A stretch of DNA of 60,868 nt, the filler included, from Trichosphaerium sp. ATCC 40318 (taxonomy: Eukaryota; Protista; Tubulinea), in NCBI GenBank assembly GCA_038496445.1. It is 3 parts of 3 records of this genome, joined end to end, with 100 filler letters (N's around TTAATTAATTAA, not from the genome) between each part and the next. Parts side by side here need not be neighbours in the genome. Positions count along the whole stretch, not along the records: positions 37,181 to 60,868 come from JALMLS010000117.1; 2 more parts are not named here. One strand, given 5' to 3'. Positions 60,094 to 60,868 of this stretch are shown here, in pieces. The notes under the pieces were generated by a model. The model did no database searches. It was not told the origin of the DNA and saw only the letters and a list, made by a program, of their open reading frames with translations. The position numbers and the translations under genes were made by a program. Position 1 is the stretch's first letter, and each line of letters begins with the position of its first letter.

Positions 60094-60868
60094 TGGCACT
60101 GATATGTATTGCTACTTGAACGAAGGACCAACCACGCTTATTCTCAATTCTACTGGATTAAATTTTGATGGCAGCGTGTTGAATGTGGAACTTTCCGAAA
60201 GTTTAGACATTTATGGTATGTTGACGCTTTTGAAGGTTCTGTAACAAATTATTTAGCGTTAAATAAAGGCATAAATGTTTCATGCTCACTTGAACAGAGA
60301 GACAGTGAACGGGACTCAAAACATTTGCATCTCATTATCAGGATTTACGTTTGATGGTTGTAAAATCAGCTTGAACGAGTTCGCAAATGTCACCGTAGAG
60401 TACATTCACATTACAAGTCTAGTTTATTGATCAATTGACTATTGTGTAGGAATATGGTAGTTACAGGCATAGAGAGTTATATTCAAATATTTGACAGGTA
60501 CATGTGATTTATTTCGATTTTGTCACTTTTAATGAGAAAAATAGCCGAAATGTTGCTGTTCGTAATTCACTTTTCCATGAACTGTATGACGAGATAGGAT
60601 TTGCCAAGCCTTTGGCATTATGGATTGAAACAGTCGAAACAGTTTCTGTGAATAATTGTCATTTTCAACATAATTTTAGGGGAGGGCATTATGTTAATAG
60701 AATGACAGGGAGAGGTAATATTTGTCCCTTATTTTGTTTGATCGTAACTATTTAAGCATAGGAAGTATTGCTACATTCAGAGCTGTTGATAGAGTAATTT
60801 GTGACTTTGTATAATAGGCTAAATATTTACACATGCATTTATTTAGGTTACAATCAACTCTTGCTTGT
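60033..60868 (+). CDS. Uninterrupted paralogue of the TM surface protein (5' part, runs off window)
   Basis: MTRQGLLIF(Y)VLVVTSSDHVCGTDMYCYLNEGP; needs 1-nt corrections in homopolymers, so either errors or a pseudogene; contains the empty Gypsy site. Confidence 0.65.

Overview
AT-rich, intron-dense eukaryotic genomic DNA, most consistent with a free-living amoebozoan (inference from short GT-AG introns, a TKL kinase and a DUSE-like promoter motif). It is three contigs joined by N-TTAATTAATTAA-N linkers. Host genes: a ~70-aa-repeat protein with a C-terminal PD-(D/E)XK/RAP-like domain (2 inverted copies), two GPI-type surface proteins, intronless F-box/LRR genes, a receptor-type TKL kinase, an arylsulfatase, an MFS transporter, a SAM methyltransferase, a secreted GH-like protein and a TM surface protein (3 copies). 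Mobile DNA: an intact Ty3/Gypsy element with 91-bp LTRs, a decayed Gypsy carrying a nested tRNA-head SINE and a hAT MITE, a second hAT MITE, LINE RT fragments, and a symmetric two-gene IS630/Tc1 transposon (transposase plus GRF-zinc-finger gene) whose ~197-bp TIRs hold both stop codons. The most novel signals are this two-gene transposon and an unannotated ~170-nt structured RNA family (3 copies, covarying stems, DUSE-like element about 65 nt upstream, oligo-T end). Three large inverted duplications are present; the 37.2-47.5 kb palindrome is probably a fold-back artefact. Exon boundaries were read by eye and are approximate.
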